A stretch of 64,000 bases of DNA from Eledone cirrhosa (Eukaryota). The notes under the pieces were generated by a model. That model saw only the letters and a program-made list of their open reading frames with translations, was not told the DNA's origin and searched no databases. Of this stretch, positions 1 through 12,981 are shown piece by piece. Location of the stretch: positions 27,900,001-27,964,000 of the forward strand of contig OZ024751.1 of NCBI GenBank assembly GCA_964016885.1, in the 5' to 3' direction. Each line of letters begins with the position of its first letter. Position 1 is the first letter of the stretch. Position numbers and translations under genes: made by a program.

Positions 1-197
1 GCTTCTTGGAATTTTCTCAAAGTGTCTCCCTTCCAGCTTGCTCTGTGTCCATGATGTTTGATGTCTCCCAGGCTCAACTACCTATTGTTGTTGTCGTTGT
101 TGTTCTTGTTGTTATTGTTAAGGTGAGTATCCTGCTACAGCTGACTGCCTCTTCTTAATGTCTGCTAACCGCCTTCTCCCCAGAGCATTTAAAGCTA

Positions 198-490
198 TTT
201 TTCATGGTCTACCTGCTACTTTTCATGGCATACCTCCTACTTTTCATGGCCTACCTGCTACTTTTCATGGTCTACCTGCTATTTTCATGGCATACTTCCT
301 ACTTTTCATGGGCTAGCCACTATTTTTCATGGCCTACCCGCTATTTTTCATGGCATACCTGCTAGTTTTCATGGTATATCTGCTACTTTTCATGGCATAC
401 CTGCTAATTTTCATGGCATACCTGCTAATTTTCATGGCATACCTGCTAATTTTCATGGCATACCTGCTAATTTTCATGCTATACCTGCTG
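198..490. repeat. 21-bp minisatellite, about 13 copies
   Basis: Tandem variants of ctacttttcatggcatacctg; explains ORFs 329..598 and 334..582. Confidence 0.9.
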
Positions 491-639
491 TCCAAAAAGC
501 CTCCTTTTTCTTTTCTATATTCAGTAGCAACTCCTGATTTATACTGTAAAGCTTTATGGCAAGTCTTTTTTATTATTATCATTATTAAGAATTGTTAATA
601 AAGAAATTATTATTAATAATTAACTAAATTATTATTTAA

Positions 640-836
640 AATGGCTGGAATGTGAGACAAAAGGCTGTTCTGGTTGTTTACGCTCTGAGTTCAAATCATG
701 CAGAGATTAGCTTTGCCTTTCAACCTTATAGTGTCAATAAAATAAAGTACCAGTAATGCACTGGGGTCGATTTAATCGACTTTCCCCTCCCCCTCAAATC
801 GTTGGCCTTGTGCCTAAAGTAGAAACAATTATTATT
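640..836 (+). mobile_element. tRNA-derived SINE, family A copy
   Basis: B-box-like gagttcaaatc, core tttgcctttca...aataaaataaagtaccagtaatgcactggg, tail ggccttgtgcctaaagtagaaacaattatt; many paralogous copies in the window. Confidence 0.8.
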
Positions 837-1409
837 TAAAGCCAGACCTCAATGGTGTTTCACTGACTTTTGCCACTTATTGTTTTTTATTTTGCTACTA
901 CTACTACTACTGCTACATTTGCTGCTGCTGCTCTACTACTACTACTACTCTTTTACATTTTTTATATTTCCATTCCAGGTAGACTTTTTATCTTAGATCA
1001 GTTCTTGATATTTTGGGGGGTTCTTCAATTCTTGGTTGAGCTTTTGTGAGTGTCTTATGTGTTTAGTGGTTTAGAAAAAATAGCTATTTATTTTTCTTCT
1101 CTTCCTTCCATTTCCCTGGTTTATATTTTCCAGGGGTTATTGCTTAGCTTATATACTCAATATATTCCTTTTAAATGGGATCCATTGATATTACAGAACC
1201 ATTTCGATTTAAGTAATTTTTTATCTCTTCGTTTGAGACCCATAACTCTTGAAGTTCTTGGGTTTCTATAGTGGCATAAAGCAGTGCTTGGGCTTCTTTT
1301 TTTTTTTTAAATCTGGTAGAGCCAACTACCTCCCCAGATCTGAACACAGCTGATTTCTTTCAAAGAAGGAGAGAAAGAGAGAGTGTGTGCAATAGAAAGG
1401 AAGAAGCAA

Positions 1410-1560
1410 CTCCAATATTGGACTGGTACTTATTTTTTTTAATAACCTCGAATGGATGAAAGGCAAAGTTGACTTCGAGTGGATTTGACCTCAGAAAGCT
1501 GGAACAAATACCGCAAAGCATTCTATCTGACATTCTAACAACTCTGCCAATTTTCCACCA
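1410..1560 (-). mobile_element. SINE family A, degenerate copy
   Basis: actggtacttatttt...ggatgaaaggcaaagttgac is the reverse complement of the SINE core. Confidence 0.65.
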
Positions 1561-3633
1561 TAAATATATTATTATATTTCAATGGAAATCAATGTGTCCA
1601 GTATATTTTTATACACCAATTATTAGAAACTTAACTAAACACCTTTTTTTTCTGTACATCATATAACACTAAAGATTCTTCTTCTATATTTCTTCCTCCC
1701 CCCCCGTCTCTCTCTGTTCTCTGGAAGAAATCAGCTGTGTCTTAATCTAGAGAAGGGTTGGGCTTTCTTAGTTTTAAAGTGCCCAAGACACACTGTGACT
1801 TGAAGGCTCTCCAATAGAAATACAGAATGAGATAAGGTTGTCATGTCCTTATTGCATTTCATAGTTGATGTTGATACAGGTTCTTCTGGGGAGTGGGGTA
1901 TGTGTGAATTAAGTCTTGGCAGAAAGAAAGGCTGGAGTGTAGTGATGTAAAATATAATATTGTGTGTCATCTATATAGCAGTGAATACATTATCGTCATT
2001 TAATGTCTATTTTCCATGATGGCATTGGTTGTGCAGTCAGTCACATTCTGAGATTAGACAAGTCAGATGGCCATGTACTCCATTTCAGTATGGTTTGATG
2101 CCAACTACATTACAATGTGCACTGGATGCATTTTATCAAGGTACCAATCATATTTGTACATGAGCAGTTTTAGAATTTGGTCTTTACTCAGTGTTAATTC
2201 TACAGTTTCATTTCTACACAGTAACTCGTGTTTATTTTTGCTAATATATAATTACTATAAGTTATGTTTAGTTGTCACTCTATTATTTTAATTATTTATT
2301 TAATTTAAAGCTGTTATAAACAAACAATTGAAAATATTTAGTTAAATGTCAAATATAAATTCCAAACAATAGCCATTTCTATTCTATCTTGTACATATGT
2401 CTTTAGTTTAGACTAGCTATATTGTATATCTGTTAGTTGTAAAGGGTGACTAAAATGGCTGGCACCAGGAAGGGTATCTGGCTGTAAAATATTGCCTCTA
2501 AAGGGACCCCATAATGAGTGTGAACCCTGACACGAGGTCAAAAAGGGTTGATATTTGTTTAAAATAGCTGGTGTATTGTGTTGTTTAATCTTTTCTATCT
2601 TACCTAATCTAGTCCAAATTTAGTATTGAAAATTGGAATTGAAAGAAGAAAAATACATTGAGTTTTTAGGGGTTTTAATGCTCTCATTACCAACATTTAA
2701 TTAAAGATATTGCTTTTTATTTTCAAATCATTTTGAAAAATAATCAGAAATTTGGAAGGATTTAGTAATGTAACCGACTTTTTTTATTATTAGCGCTTTC
2801 ATTACCATATTTTAAATGTAAAACACTACTATCATTTAAAAATAATTTCGAAAATAATCAATATTTGGAGGGATTTAATAATATAACTAATTTTCACATC
2901 ATTAAGCTGATGTTTGGAACCAAACTTAATGAAGGTCCTTACATAAAATTATGATGGATGGTTTTTAGATAAACTTTGAAACAAAGAGTTTTGTACTACA
3001 TCCAAAGGTTCAACATTATTAAGAATGACAGGGCAGCTGATAGCAACCAATGGCAACATGCTTGACAGAGCAGCATCGAAAATACTCTTCATGGGTTAAT
3101 TTACATAACCTCTGCACTTTGGTTGCAAATCTTGCACAGATCAGTTTTGCAGTCAATGAAATAAGTACCAGTCAACTAATGAGGATCGATTTAATTTCCC
3201 TAAAATATGTGATAAATCTCATGCAGAACTTAAAACATTGAGGTGGTGTACTTGCAGAGCTAGCACCTAGGTATTTAGTGCTCCAGGTTACCCTTACAAT
3301 ATACACCCTCGTCTTCCAGTTATGTGTCCCATTCTTCCAAATTATATTATTTCAACTTACAGTTTAAAAAGCTAACAAACTTAGTTTTTGACAATTCTTG
3401 TTCTGACTACATTAAGAAAATTACTAAGCCTGCATTTTCCACTACACCACCCACACTCACCTTCACCAAGTCATGTGACAGATCATCACACCAAACAACC
3501 CTCTCCTCTGCTTTGGATATTTCCACAATGCTGCTATGTGGCAAAAATGTTTAGCAATTTATTTATTGATCACAGGAAATTATTACATATTTATTTTGAT
3601 TATGTAAATTCATATAAAACTTTGATCCTTTAA

Positions 3634-3931
3634 CCCTTTAGCATTTAAACTGGCTGTATCCAGTTAGAATTCTCTCATCTCTTTCTATTCAAACGAGCTG
3701 TAACCAGCCACTCATACTGATGTTAACACTTTAGCATTTAAACCAGCCATATCCGGCCAGAATTCCCTCACCTCTTTCTGTTCAAACTGGCTGTAACTGG
3801 CCGCTCATACTGCTGGGAAGTTATTGTTCTCAAAATAAATAATATCAAAATCTCATAGATTTAATATTATGTGAGGTTAAACCTTTACCGTGAAAATATA
3901 GAAAATATAGAGTAATGTAAATGCTAAAGGG
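3634..3931. mobile_element. piggyBac-type MITE with internal ~90-bp duplication
   Basis: TTAA|CCCTTTAGCATTTA ... TAAATGCTAAAGGG|TTAA: terminal inverted repeats with TTAA target duplication. Confidence 0.75.
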
Positions 3932-4616
3932 TTAAAGTTCAGTAATGTGCCTACCTAATGTCTGGGGCCCTAGGCGAATGTCTAGTTGGCCTTAATGGTA
4001 GCGCTGGCCCTGTGTAAAGTCCGTATGAAACTGCCTTGTCTGTTGCCACAAGTTAGTAGAACAGTTTGTCAACTGCTGCTCCTCTATATTGTTTCCCTTT
4101 TTATTTTATACCTTCTGCTAAAGTTAATAACTTCACTTCACAGCTTGCTGCTACTAGCAAATTTCATTTCTTTCTATTCCTTTTTTTTTTTTTCTAAATT
4201 TATTTGAGACAGATTCATCTTTTCCTTTGTCTTTGCTATTAGAGATATTAGAGAAAGTTATTTATTCAATATGCAATTGCGAAAGTGGGTGTTTGGAACA
4301 TAACTTAAAGGTTGTTGGGTACAATTCTGACAAAAGGTTTAAAAGTATACATAAACAATTTAAAAAAGAGATTTGTTTCAAACATGCACACACACAGGGT
4401 GTTTAAAAAACATTTGGTATCATTTGAGATATAAATATCCCAGAAACTACAAAGTCTAGGACAAAGTGACTGAACAGTCTTAATGTGGGGCAACATAAGA
4501 TTTATTCTTCAAAAAATTGTGAAGATTATAACACTAATTCACAATATACATTAGTGGTTTCTGGGATATTTATATTTCAAATGATATCAATTTTTTTTTT
4601 AAACATCCTTTATATG

Positions 4617-4652
<36 letters not shown>

Positions 4653-4654
<2 letters not shown>

Positions 4655-5431
4655 AGAATTGGTGCTCTGAAATAGCAATATATATATGAATGTATATACA
4701 GTGTATTTTGCAATACACTGTATGCTTAATTAAAAGCATTTTGAAGACCATACACTATTGTTTTAAAGTAGCGACATTGTCGCTTACTTAAATTTTTGGC
4801 AGACGGGGAGATAAGTTGACAACGCTGTTTCGTACTTTTTGGTACTTAACAAAACTCACTACTCTCCCCGTCTGCCGAAAATTATGTGTGTTGGATTCTT
4901 ATAGAATTCCAGTAACAATCAGGAACTGATTTTACAGAGCGGTCGCCAGCCCAGCAAAAATTGAAAATTAGAATTGGTGCTCTGAAATAGTGATATATAT
5001 ATATGAATGTCTGCCGAAAATTTAAGTAAGCGACAATGTCGCTACTTTAAAACAATAGCGTATGGTCTTCGAAATACTTTTAATTAAGCATACAGTGTAT
5101 TGCAAAATACACTATATATACATTCATATATATATATATCACTATTTCAGAGCACCAATTCTAATTTTCAATTTCTGCTGGGCTGGCGACCGCTCTGTAA
5201 AATCAGTTCCTGATTGTTACTGGAATTCTATAAGAATCCAACACACATAATTTTCGGCAGACGGGGAGAGTAGTGAGTTTTGATAAGTACCAAAAAGTAC
5301 GAAACAGCGTTGTCAACTTATCTCCCCGTCTGCCAAAAATTTAAGTAAGCGACCATGTCGCTACTTTAAAACAATAGCGTATGGTCTTCAAAATGCTTTT
5401 AATTAAGCATACAGTGTATTGCAAAATACAC

Positions 5432-5440
<9 letters not shown>
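4653..5440. mobile_element. Inverted array of a ~315-320-nt unit with a degenerate hammerhead (retrozyme-like or Penelope pLTR-like)
   Basis: Unit recurs at 4653/4968 (minus copy) and 5010/5329 (plus copy); (TA)n on both flanks. Confidence 0.75.
5275..5320 (+). ncRNA. Degenerate type I hammerhead ribozyme motif
   Basis: gagtt-TTGATAA-gtac caaaaa gtac-GAAA-cagcgttg-TC-aactt; stem I is extended by ggcagacggggaga/tctccccgtctgcc. The core differs from CUGANGA at two positions. Confidence 0.6.
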
Positions 5441-5481
<41 letters not shown>

Positions 5482-5487
<6 letters not shown>

Positions 5488-5711
5488 GTTACAACAGTGA
5501 CATATACAGGTACTTCAGTTTTGTTGGGTTATATATATTCAGACTGTTATATAAAGAAAAAAGATGGCTAATAGGTAGTAGCCATCATTTTTGGGGGTGT
5601 TATAACCCAACGAAACTTACGTATCTGTATATGTAACTGTTGTAATTAATTATACTTAACTCGTCCTATGGACTGAGTGCTCTTACCCTTGGATATTTTT
5701 ACTAAACCTAT

Positions 5712-5718
<7 letters not shown>
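5482..5718 (+). mobile_element. Fold-back palindrome plus tail in (TA)n (Penelope-like end)
   Basis: Imperfect inverted repeat 5482-5652; tail with TGAGTGC at 5674; (TA)n on both sides. Confidence 0.6.
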
Positions 5719-5775
<57 letters not shown>

Positions 5776-6149
5776 TATCACTCTACCCATGTACTAAGTT
5801 TTGTTTCTCTTGTTTACAGAGCTTCCCAACACACGCTACTACTACTACTACTACTACTGTAAATAGTAAAGAATTTATCAATTAGGGTATTAAATATTTA
5901 TCAAATAATATTTTATCTTTTCAATTTAATCTTGAAACAAACAAAATATTTGTTTTCCAATCTTTATTGATAGTTATCCTTTTTGTATTGTTTTAAACTT
6001 AGAAATGATTTAACTGATTCTTTTCTAATCCTTCTACATTTCCTTCTTAAAACTATATATTTTCCATTTCTGATATTGGAATATTTCTGTAATCTCTTAT
6101 GTTTACTTTTCATAACATGCCAGACTGAAGTTTGGGGTTTATCTATTGC

Positions 6150-6430
6150 ATGTTATTTATCAAGATCATAAGGGTGCAAATTGGCAGTGTCAGTGCAATG
6201 TCGTGTTAAAAACCTCAGTGTATATTCCGAAATCATAAACGTGGCAAATTGGCAATGTCAGTTGAGTATTGTATTAAATACCCAGGTATTTATTTGAAGA
6301 TCATAGGGGTAGCAAATAGGCAGTGTCAGTGGAGTGTTGTGTTAAATACTTCAGTATTTATTCGGAGATCATAGGGGACACATTGACAGTGGAGTGTTGA
6401 TTAAATACTTCAATATTTATTCCAAAATAA
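6150..6430. repeat. Degenerate ~60-bp tandem repeat
   Basis: Recurring gatcatagggg...caaattggcagtgtcagt...gttaaatac. Confidence 0.6.
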
Positions 6431-6541
6431 GTAGAAGACGGTGAAAGTTATTCATTATTATCTTCATCACCGTTTAATGTATGTTTTTCCCTCTTGCATG
6501 GGTTAGACAAGTGGTACATGAGTTACGTTAAACGATGATGA

Positions 6542-6589
<48 letters not shown>

Positions 6590-7104
6590 CTGGGTTATAG
6601 ATTAATATGTATTGGTATTTATAAATTATAATATATATAGTATATATACTACCCATCAGGAAAGTTGTGTTCAATAGAGAATTTATTGGTAATGTTGAAG
6701 CATATCTAAAATATAAATTCAGATGTAGGTAGTTCTTTATTGCCAATTAATAAATAAATATAACTAAAAATTAAGTAATTTTAAAAATAATTAGCAGTGT
6801 TGTGTGTGTGGGAAAAACTTATATTGTATGTAAATGTCACTCTTTAAAGCGTGTATTTTTAGTGTATTTATGGCAGCCATATTTGCAAATGTTCCCACAC
6901 ACACACAATCATTTGTTCCACACATACTGTCTCTATCTCTCTCTCTTCCGAACACACTCCCCCACTCTATCACACACACTCCGCCCCCATACACTTATTA
7001 TTCCTTGATAAATTATGTAATGAAAGATTTCTAAAATTTGTTTTGATCATCTGCATCATTTGTGATCTGTTTATATTTCATCCGCCCCACCCCCACCCCA
7101 CTTA

Positions 7105-7191
<87 letters not shown>

Positions 7192-7192
<1 letters not shown>

Positions 7193-7342
7193 AGAGATTC
7201 TACAGGACTAGAACTGTGATTTCTCACGAATGAAACAGTTCTAGTCCTGTAGAATCTCTTCTATATTAAAACTTTTATACTCTGCTATGTATTGAGTACC
7301 TTACTTACTGTGGTTACCTTCGATTCAACCCGGAATAACTTA

Positions 7343-7345
<3 letters not shown>
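7192..7345 (+). mobile_element. Fold-back palindrome plus tail ending in (TA)n
   Basis: aagagattctacaggactagaactgt / acagttctagtcctgtagaatctctt arms; tail with TGAGTAC at 7293. Confidence 0.65.
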
Positions 7346-7383
<38 letters not shown>

Positions 7384-7660
7384 TGTTTGATCCTTTGATT
7401 TATGAAATTCCATTTTCTATAGATATTCCTACTTATATAAAGCTATATTGTTTCCTTTTCCTCTGCCAAAACCAAAGAAAAGATTTCTTTTGTTTGTTTG
7501 TTTTTTGCTTTTATTTAAACATTTTTTATTTCTATTGATCAATTTATTCTCTCTAATTAATAAACCTGATAAATTACTGGAATTTATTTTCTGGTCAATT
7601 ATCTATGAAAAATTTCTGAAATATATTATATTTCATTTTCTTTTTTCTTTCTATTTTCAG

Positions 7661-7838
7661 AATTCCAATCCAGGTTATCCAAGGTCAACAACTGATATTA
7701 AAGACAGCTGCTGGGAATACAATAGGGTTTGCTCAACAGCAGCAACAACAGCAGCTACAGCAGCAACAGCAGCTACAGCAGCAGCAACAGCAACTTCAAC
7801 AGCAGCTGCAGCTTCAGCATTTGCAACAACAGCTGCAA

Positions 7839-7883
<45 letters not shown>

Positions 7884-10065
7884 CAACAACATCAGCAGCA
7901 ACAACAGCAGCAACATCATCATCAACAGCAACAGTCCAAAGTCAATCAAATTCAACATCTTCAAGTGTCATCAGCTTCATCACCTGGTGTTAGTCGTTCT
8001 CTTACACCAAGTCAAAGTCCAGCTCCCAACAGCTCCCCATTGGTCAGTCGGTCGCTGACACCAAGCCAGGGCCAAAATACTGGCCTGGTCACTATCAGTC
8101 CATCTTTCAGTGGACAGCATCCAAACAGTGTTAGTCCTTCCCCAAATGTCAGTGTTGTCCAGATCCCCACATCAGTGCAATCACAACCTTCAACGCAGCA
8201 ACAACTACAGGCAGCTGCTGCTGCTGGAGGTGTCCCCATTCAGAATCTAGTCCCTACCCAGAACCCACAACACCTACAGAACTTACTCCCAGGTCAGGCA
8301 GTTCTTCCGACACAAGGTCAGAATATAGTACACACTCAAAACACAGTGATTCAGAACCCTAATGTTGTAAACGTGAATGTTGCTCATGTTCTGTGCAACA
8401 ACTCAGCACAACAAGCAAACCAGCAGGGCGGCATGGTGAGTGTCTACCCCAATGTACAGGCTGCGTCCTCGTCCAACCCTGTCACGCTGCATGGTACCAT
8501 CATCAATATTCCACAGGGCAAAAGCATTATTATCCCAGGATTTTCAAACCTCCAGAATCTTCAGCTGCCTTCCTCCCATGTTGGGCAGCAGGTTTCTGGA
8601 ACAGGTACCCTGCTGCATGCTGCTGGGGCCACCCAACAGCCCGTGGCAGGGGCTGCTGGCATGGCAATGGGCAGTGCAGCAGGGATGGCCGTTGGAGGAG
8701 CTGGCACCATGCAGTTGTCTGGTCAGCAGTCCCAGGAAAAAACTGCCACTCTGGCAGCGGCAGCAGCTGGCCAATCTAATTACAGTTTTGTTAATATTAA
8801 TCCTCAACCATTCATATTACGAACAGTTCCATCTAACTTGATTCAACTCCAGTCCACAACCAACAGTGGTCAGTCGTCCACAGTGAACACTCAAGTCCAA
8901 TCGTATCCCCAGATCTCGCAGGCTCAGTTGATCAACACTTCTGCAGCCCAGGGAAGCATTCCAATGCAACAAGTGGTTAACCCTCTTCAGGGTCAACAGC
9001 TGAAGGTGATAGGCCACCCCGGACTACAGGTTGCTGGTTCCCAACCAGGTACAGTGACTGTGAATATAGGAGGCCAGAATTATAATTTACAGAGCCTTCA
9101 ATCCAACCAGTTAGGAGCTCTTCAATTCCAAAGTGGGAGGCAAGTTCTGATTCAGGCCCCTCAGTCACATACTCTTCCCCTCCAAACAACATCAGTTAAA
9201 ACAACTGTACCTTCTGGTCAGGAAATCTCATCTGTATCCCCGCAAAACTCTGCACTGACAACTATGCAAGTCATACAAAATGCCAACACGACAGCAACTA
9301 TAGGTAATCAGCGGAGTCACGGCCGAACAAAAACACCGCCCACTAAGTCAAGTAAAAGTTCATCTTCAAAGCACAATTCTCATTCTGCTCATAGCTCTCG
9401 CAATCGTGCATCACCATTGCAACAGCAGCAGCAAGTTGCGCCTATTCACAGTTTCCAGTTACCGTTATCTCAAGCCACTCATTCTCATAGTTTGAATAGC
9501 AGTCCAGGTCTTAGTACTGCCCATTCTACGACGGTGACCACCACTGTCTCACAGTCCCTTGTTCAGATGCCTTCTCAGGTTAGTGTAGCCAGCAGTCTTG
9601 TCGGAGTCCAAGTATCATCAAGCACTGTCCAAAACAAGCCTATTTCCAGTAGTGGACTTGTTCATACCTCTGGTTCCACTGTGGTTGCCAATCAGGCACA
9701 AGCTGCTGCTGCTACTGTACTCAACACTCGACTGCCAGCTATCCAGATTACTCAAGATCCTATCATTATGGCCCGAGTTGAAAACGATATAAGCTCGTTA
9801 GTCTCATTAAAGAATCCGAACCGAACTCAGAAAGCTAATTTCGAAAAGTTAGCTTTGCTGCAGAAGAAACTTAGTCATGGGCAGCTTCAATTTGCTACTA
9901 GCGGTCAAGTTGGACAACCCCAAATAGCCCACCCTCCCGTTGCTCAGGCAACAGCACTTGCTCAACAAACCTTACTACAGCATGCATCAACCTCAGCACC
10001 ATCAGCTGCTGCTAGTTTTAACCAAATTAACCAGCTACTGCAACAACAGCAAGCATGTGTGAATC

Positions 10066-10120
<55 letters not shown>

Positions 10121-10595
10121 GCAGCAGCAACAACAACAACAACACCAACAACATCATCAACAACAACAACAGCAGCAGCAGCAGCAACAGCAACAGCAAC
10201 AACAACATAAAACACAGCAAGCTCAACAAGCCACTGTGGTTGGACAGATTCCTTTAGCTGGCAAATCAGTTGCAAATGTCATATCTAATTCCATTTCGAA
10301 TCAGTCAAGTCCCGGGTCAGTTCAATCGTCTCAGACAGTATCCATGTTGGCCTCACACCCGACAAATATTGTCCAGCCTGGCCAAACCGGGGCTGCTGGC
10401 ATCCAAGTATTGACAGCTTCGAGTGGGGGCAAACAACATATGGTTGGTATGATACCTGGTACAACACTGATACCAGTTGTAACCAGCAGCGCAGTTTCAT
10501 CAGGGACATTTGTGCCAGCTTCCAACATGCCCACAATTACTGCTGGCAAATTGCCAATACCTGCCACACCAACAACTGTTTCTACTCCAGTTAAG
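7661..10595 (+). CDS. BICRA: BICRA/BICRAL (GLTSCR1 family) homologue, first visible coding exon; large Q/S/T/V-rich low-complexity region
   Basis: Acceptor ttctattttcag at 7660. The open frame IPIQVIQGQQLILKTAAG... continues into ORF 7821..10616. Donor AAG|gttagt at 10595. The exon starts in phase 2, so an upstream coding exon is required. Confidence 0.85.
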
Positions 10596-11370
10596 GTTAG
10601 TATTTATTATTCTTAACTTAACCCATTTTACCATATTTCGAATGAAAGGCACTGCTTAAGAGTTTTAAATAATTTTGAAAAATAATCAAATAGTTAACTT
10701 TCTCATTACTAAATTGGTCTTTGGGGCATGTCAAAGTGCACTGGATGCTTTTTATCATAATACCAGCACTGTGACTTTACAGAATGTATTATGTGCATTT
10801 TTTCATTGTACCAACACTACCACTTTATAGAGTATATTGGGTGCATTTTATCATGATATCACCACAATAACTATACAGAGTGCACTGAGTGTGTTTTCTC
10901 ATGACCCCCTTACAGTGTGGACTGGCTGTATTTTATCATGCCACTAGCACTACCCCTTTGCATTGTGGACTGGCTATGTTTTTATATGTTACTCGCATTA
11001 GAGTGGTTGTCTCGCAGGACTAAAGTACTCACTCTGCACTGTGTAATTTTTAATAGGAGAGTTACTACTTCCCTAGACTGGTTACCTTCAGTGTGGTTCA
11101 CAGAGTTTACATCCTTTCTGTGCAGTGAGTTACTACCCTCTTAGACATGTTGCTTTTGGTGTGCTTTACAGAGCTCATGTTTTTCCTGTGGAGTTTTCAG
11201 AGTTACTACCCTCCTAGACAGGTTACCTTTGGTGTGGTTCACAGAGTTCACATCCTCTTTGTGCATTTTTTACTCCAAGTTATTGCTCTCCTAGATGGAT
11301 TTCCAGTAGTTCACTGCATTTATTACATTCTATTTTCCTCAGTGGTTAATTAAATATTATTGTTTTCCAG

Positions 11371-11532
11371 ATGGGTGATAAAGAAGTGCTCATCAATTTG
11401 ACAGGTCATAACAAGGAAGCAGTGTTGGCCCACCTGGCTCAACTAACGCCAGAACAACAGCAAGTGTACCTTAAACACAAGGCTAAGTTTATTGTCAAGT
11501 TGGATCAATCTAATCAACAGCTCCTGCAAGCA

Positions 11533-11568
<36 letters not shown>

Positions 11569-11919
11569 CAACAACAACAACAACAGCAGCAGCAGCAACA
11601 GCAGCAACATCATCAACAGCAGCAGCAACACCAGCAACACCAGCAACACCACCACCAACAGCAGCAGCAGCAACATCAGCACCAACACCATCAGCAGCAG
11701 CAGCAGCATCAACAACAACAACAACAGCAGCAACACCATCATCACCACCAACAACAGTTACAACCGCGGCAGATGCGACAGCAACAGACTACTGCAACAG
11801 TTGCAACTGCTACAAATATGTCAGGTGGTACTGTCATTATAAGCAAAAATCAACAGTTATCTCGGCACACCTGTAAAGGACAAATGATTATGGACGCCAA
11901 AATACCTGTCCCAGTTCAG
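11371..11919 (+). CDS. BICRA: BICRA-like coding exon (polyQ/H)
   Basis: Acceptor tgttttccag|ATG and donor CAG|gtaggt; phase 0/0, compatible with both neighbours. Confidence 0.85.
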
Positions 11920-12309
11920 GTAGGTTGATTAGAGCAATATTTCAAAGAATCACCTTCCTAAAAGAGGCTTATCTTGTTTGAGCAAGGTTTTGTTTTATAT
12001 TTTATATTAAATACACACAGTACACTCTACAGTGTGATTGGCTTTAGGAAGGGCATTCAGCTGTAGAAATCACTCCAAAAATGAAATGTATGGACAAGAC
12101 GTTGTCCTCTTGAGCTGTCACGCCTTGGATGTTGACAACCTGTTCAACTCGTGCCAGCATGGAAGGTGGTTGTAAAATAATGATGGTGATATATTTCAAA
12201 GCAAGCAGACTCTTTCAGTGGGAAAAAATTCTGTTACTCTTAATTTTAAACATACAAGAAACAAAATCACAACTATTATCCCTTGAGCTTCAAACATGAG
12301 GTTCTTTAC

Positions 12310-12690
12310 ATTCTTTTACATTCTGAGTTCAATCCTGCCAAAGTCAACCTTACCTTTAATTCTCCTGGGGTCGAGAATCGGTCAAGTCCTGAGATCTGTG
12401 TTATCGACTTTTCCCATCTTGCAAATTGTTGCTCTTGTGCCTAAACTAGAAACCATTGTTAAGAGAAGGGCAGTGGATTGGCAGAATCATGAGATTATCA
12501 GGCAAAATGCTTTCCAGCATTTAGTTCTGACTCTTTATAGTCTGAGTTCAAATCATTCCAGAGATCAACTTTGCTTTTCATCCATCCAGCGGGTTGATAA
12601 AATAAAGTACCAGTCAAGTACTAGGGTTGATTTAGTCAACTTAGCCCTTCCTCAAAATTTGGTGGTCTTGTGCCTAAATTCAAAATCGTT
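12310..12690 (+). mobile_element. Two tandem SINE family A copies
   Basis: Two successive ctgagttcaa...cttgtgcctaaa units. Confidence 0.7.
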
Positions 12691-12739
12691 GTTCATGTTA
12701 TTAAGAGATACTTAGTATATGATATTGTCTGTTTTGCAG

Positions 12740-12852
12740 GAGTTTGATAAAAATTTGGTGCAGATCAAAGTAGAGCCAGGTCAGTCATCGACTGTGATAA
12801 AGTCATCTGGAAAGGCACAAAAACGGCCAGCTGAATTGTCCAAAGGAGTTGT
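12740..12852 (+). CDS. BICRA: BICRA-like coding exon EFDKNLVQIKVEPGQ...KRPAELSKGV
   Basis: Acceptor gttttgcag, donor GT|gtaagt; 113 nt, phase 0 in and phase 2 out, matching the next exon. Not in the ORF track. Confidence 0.8.
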
Positions 12853-12981
12853 GTAAGTGTAGCATTGAGCTATGGTATTTCTAGATAGCGTTGTCAGGTT
12901 TGCTACCTGGAATTATAGCAACTGTAAAAACTCAAAAAAAGAAAGGAATATGTACTTCTCAGCACTGTTATAAATTTAGTC

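Noticed and set aside
329-598. Repeat-protein ORFs (MAYLLIF / MKISRYA)
   Set aside because: Products of a 21-bp minisatellite; the frame breaks in adjacent units.
5820-5870. Possible upstream BICRA exon after tgtttacag
   Set aside because: Good acceptor but only weak donors and (CTA)n content; not supportable without transcripts.
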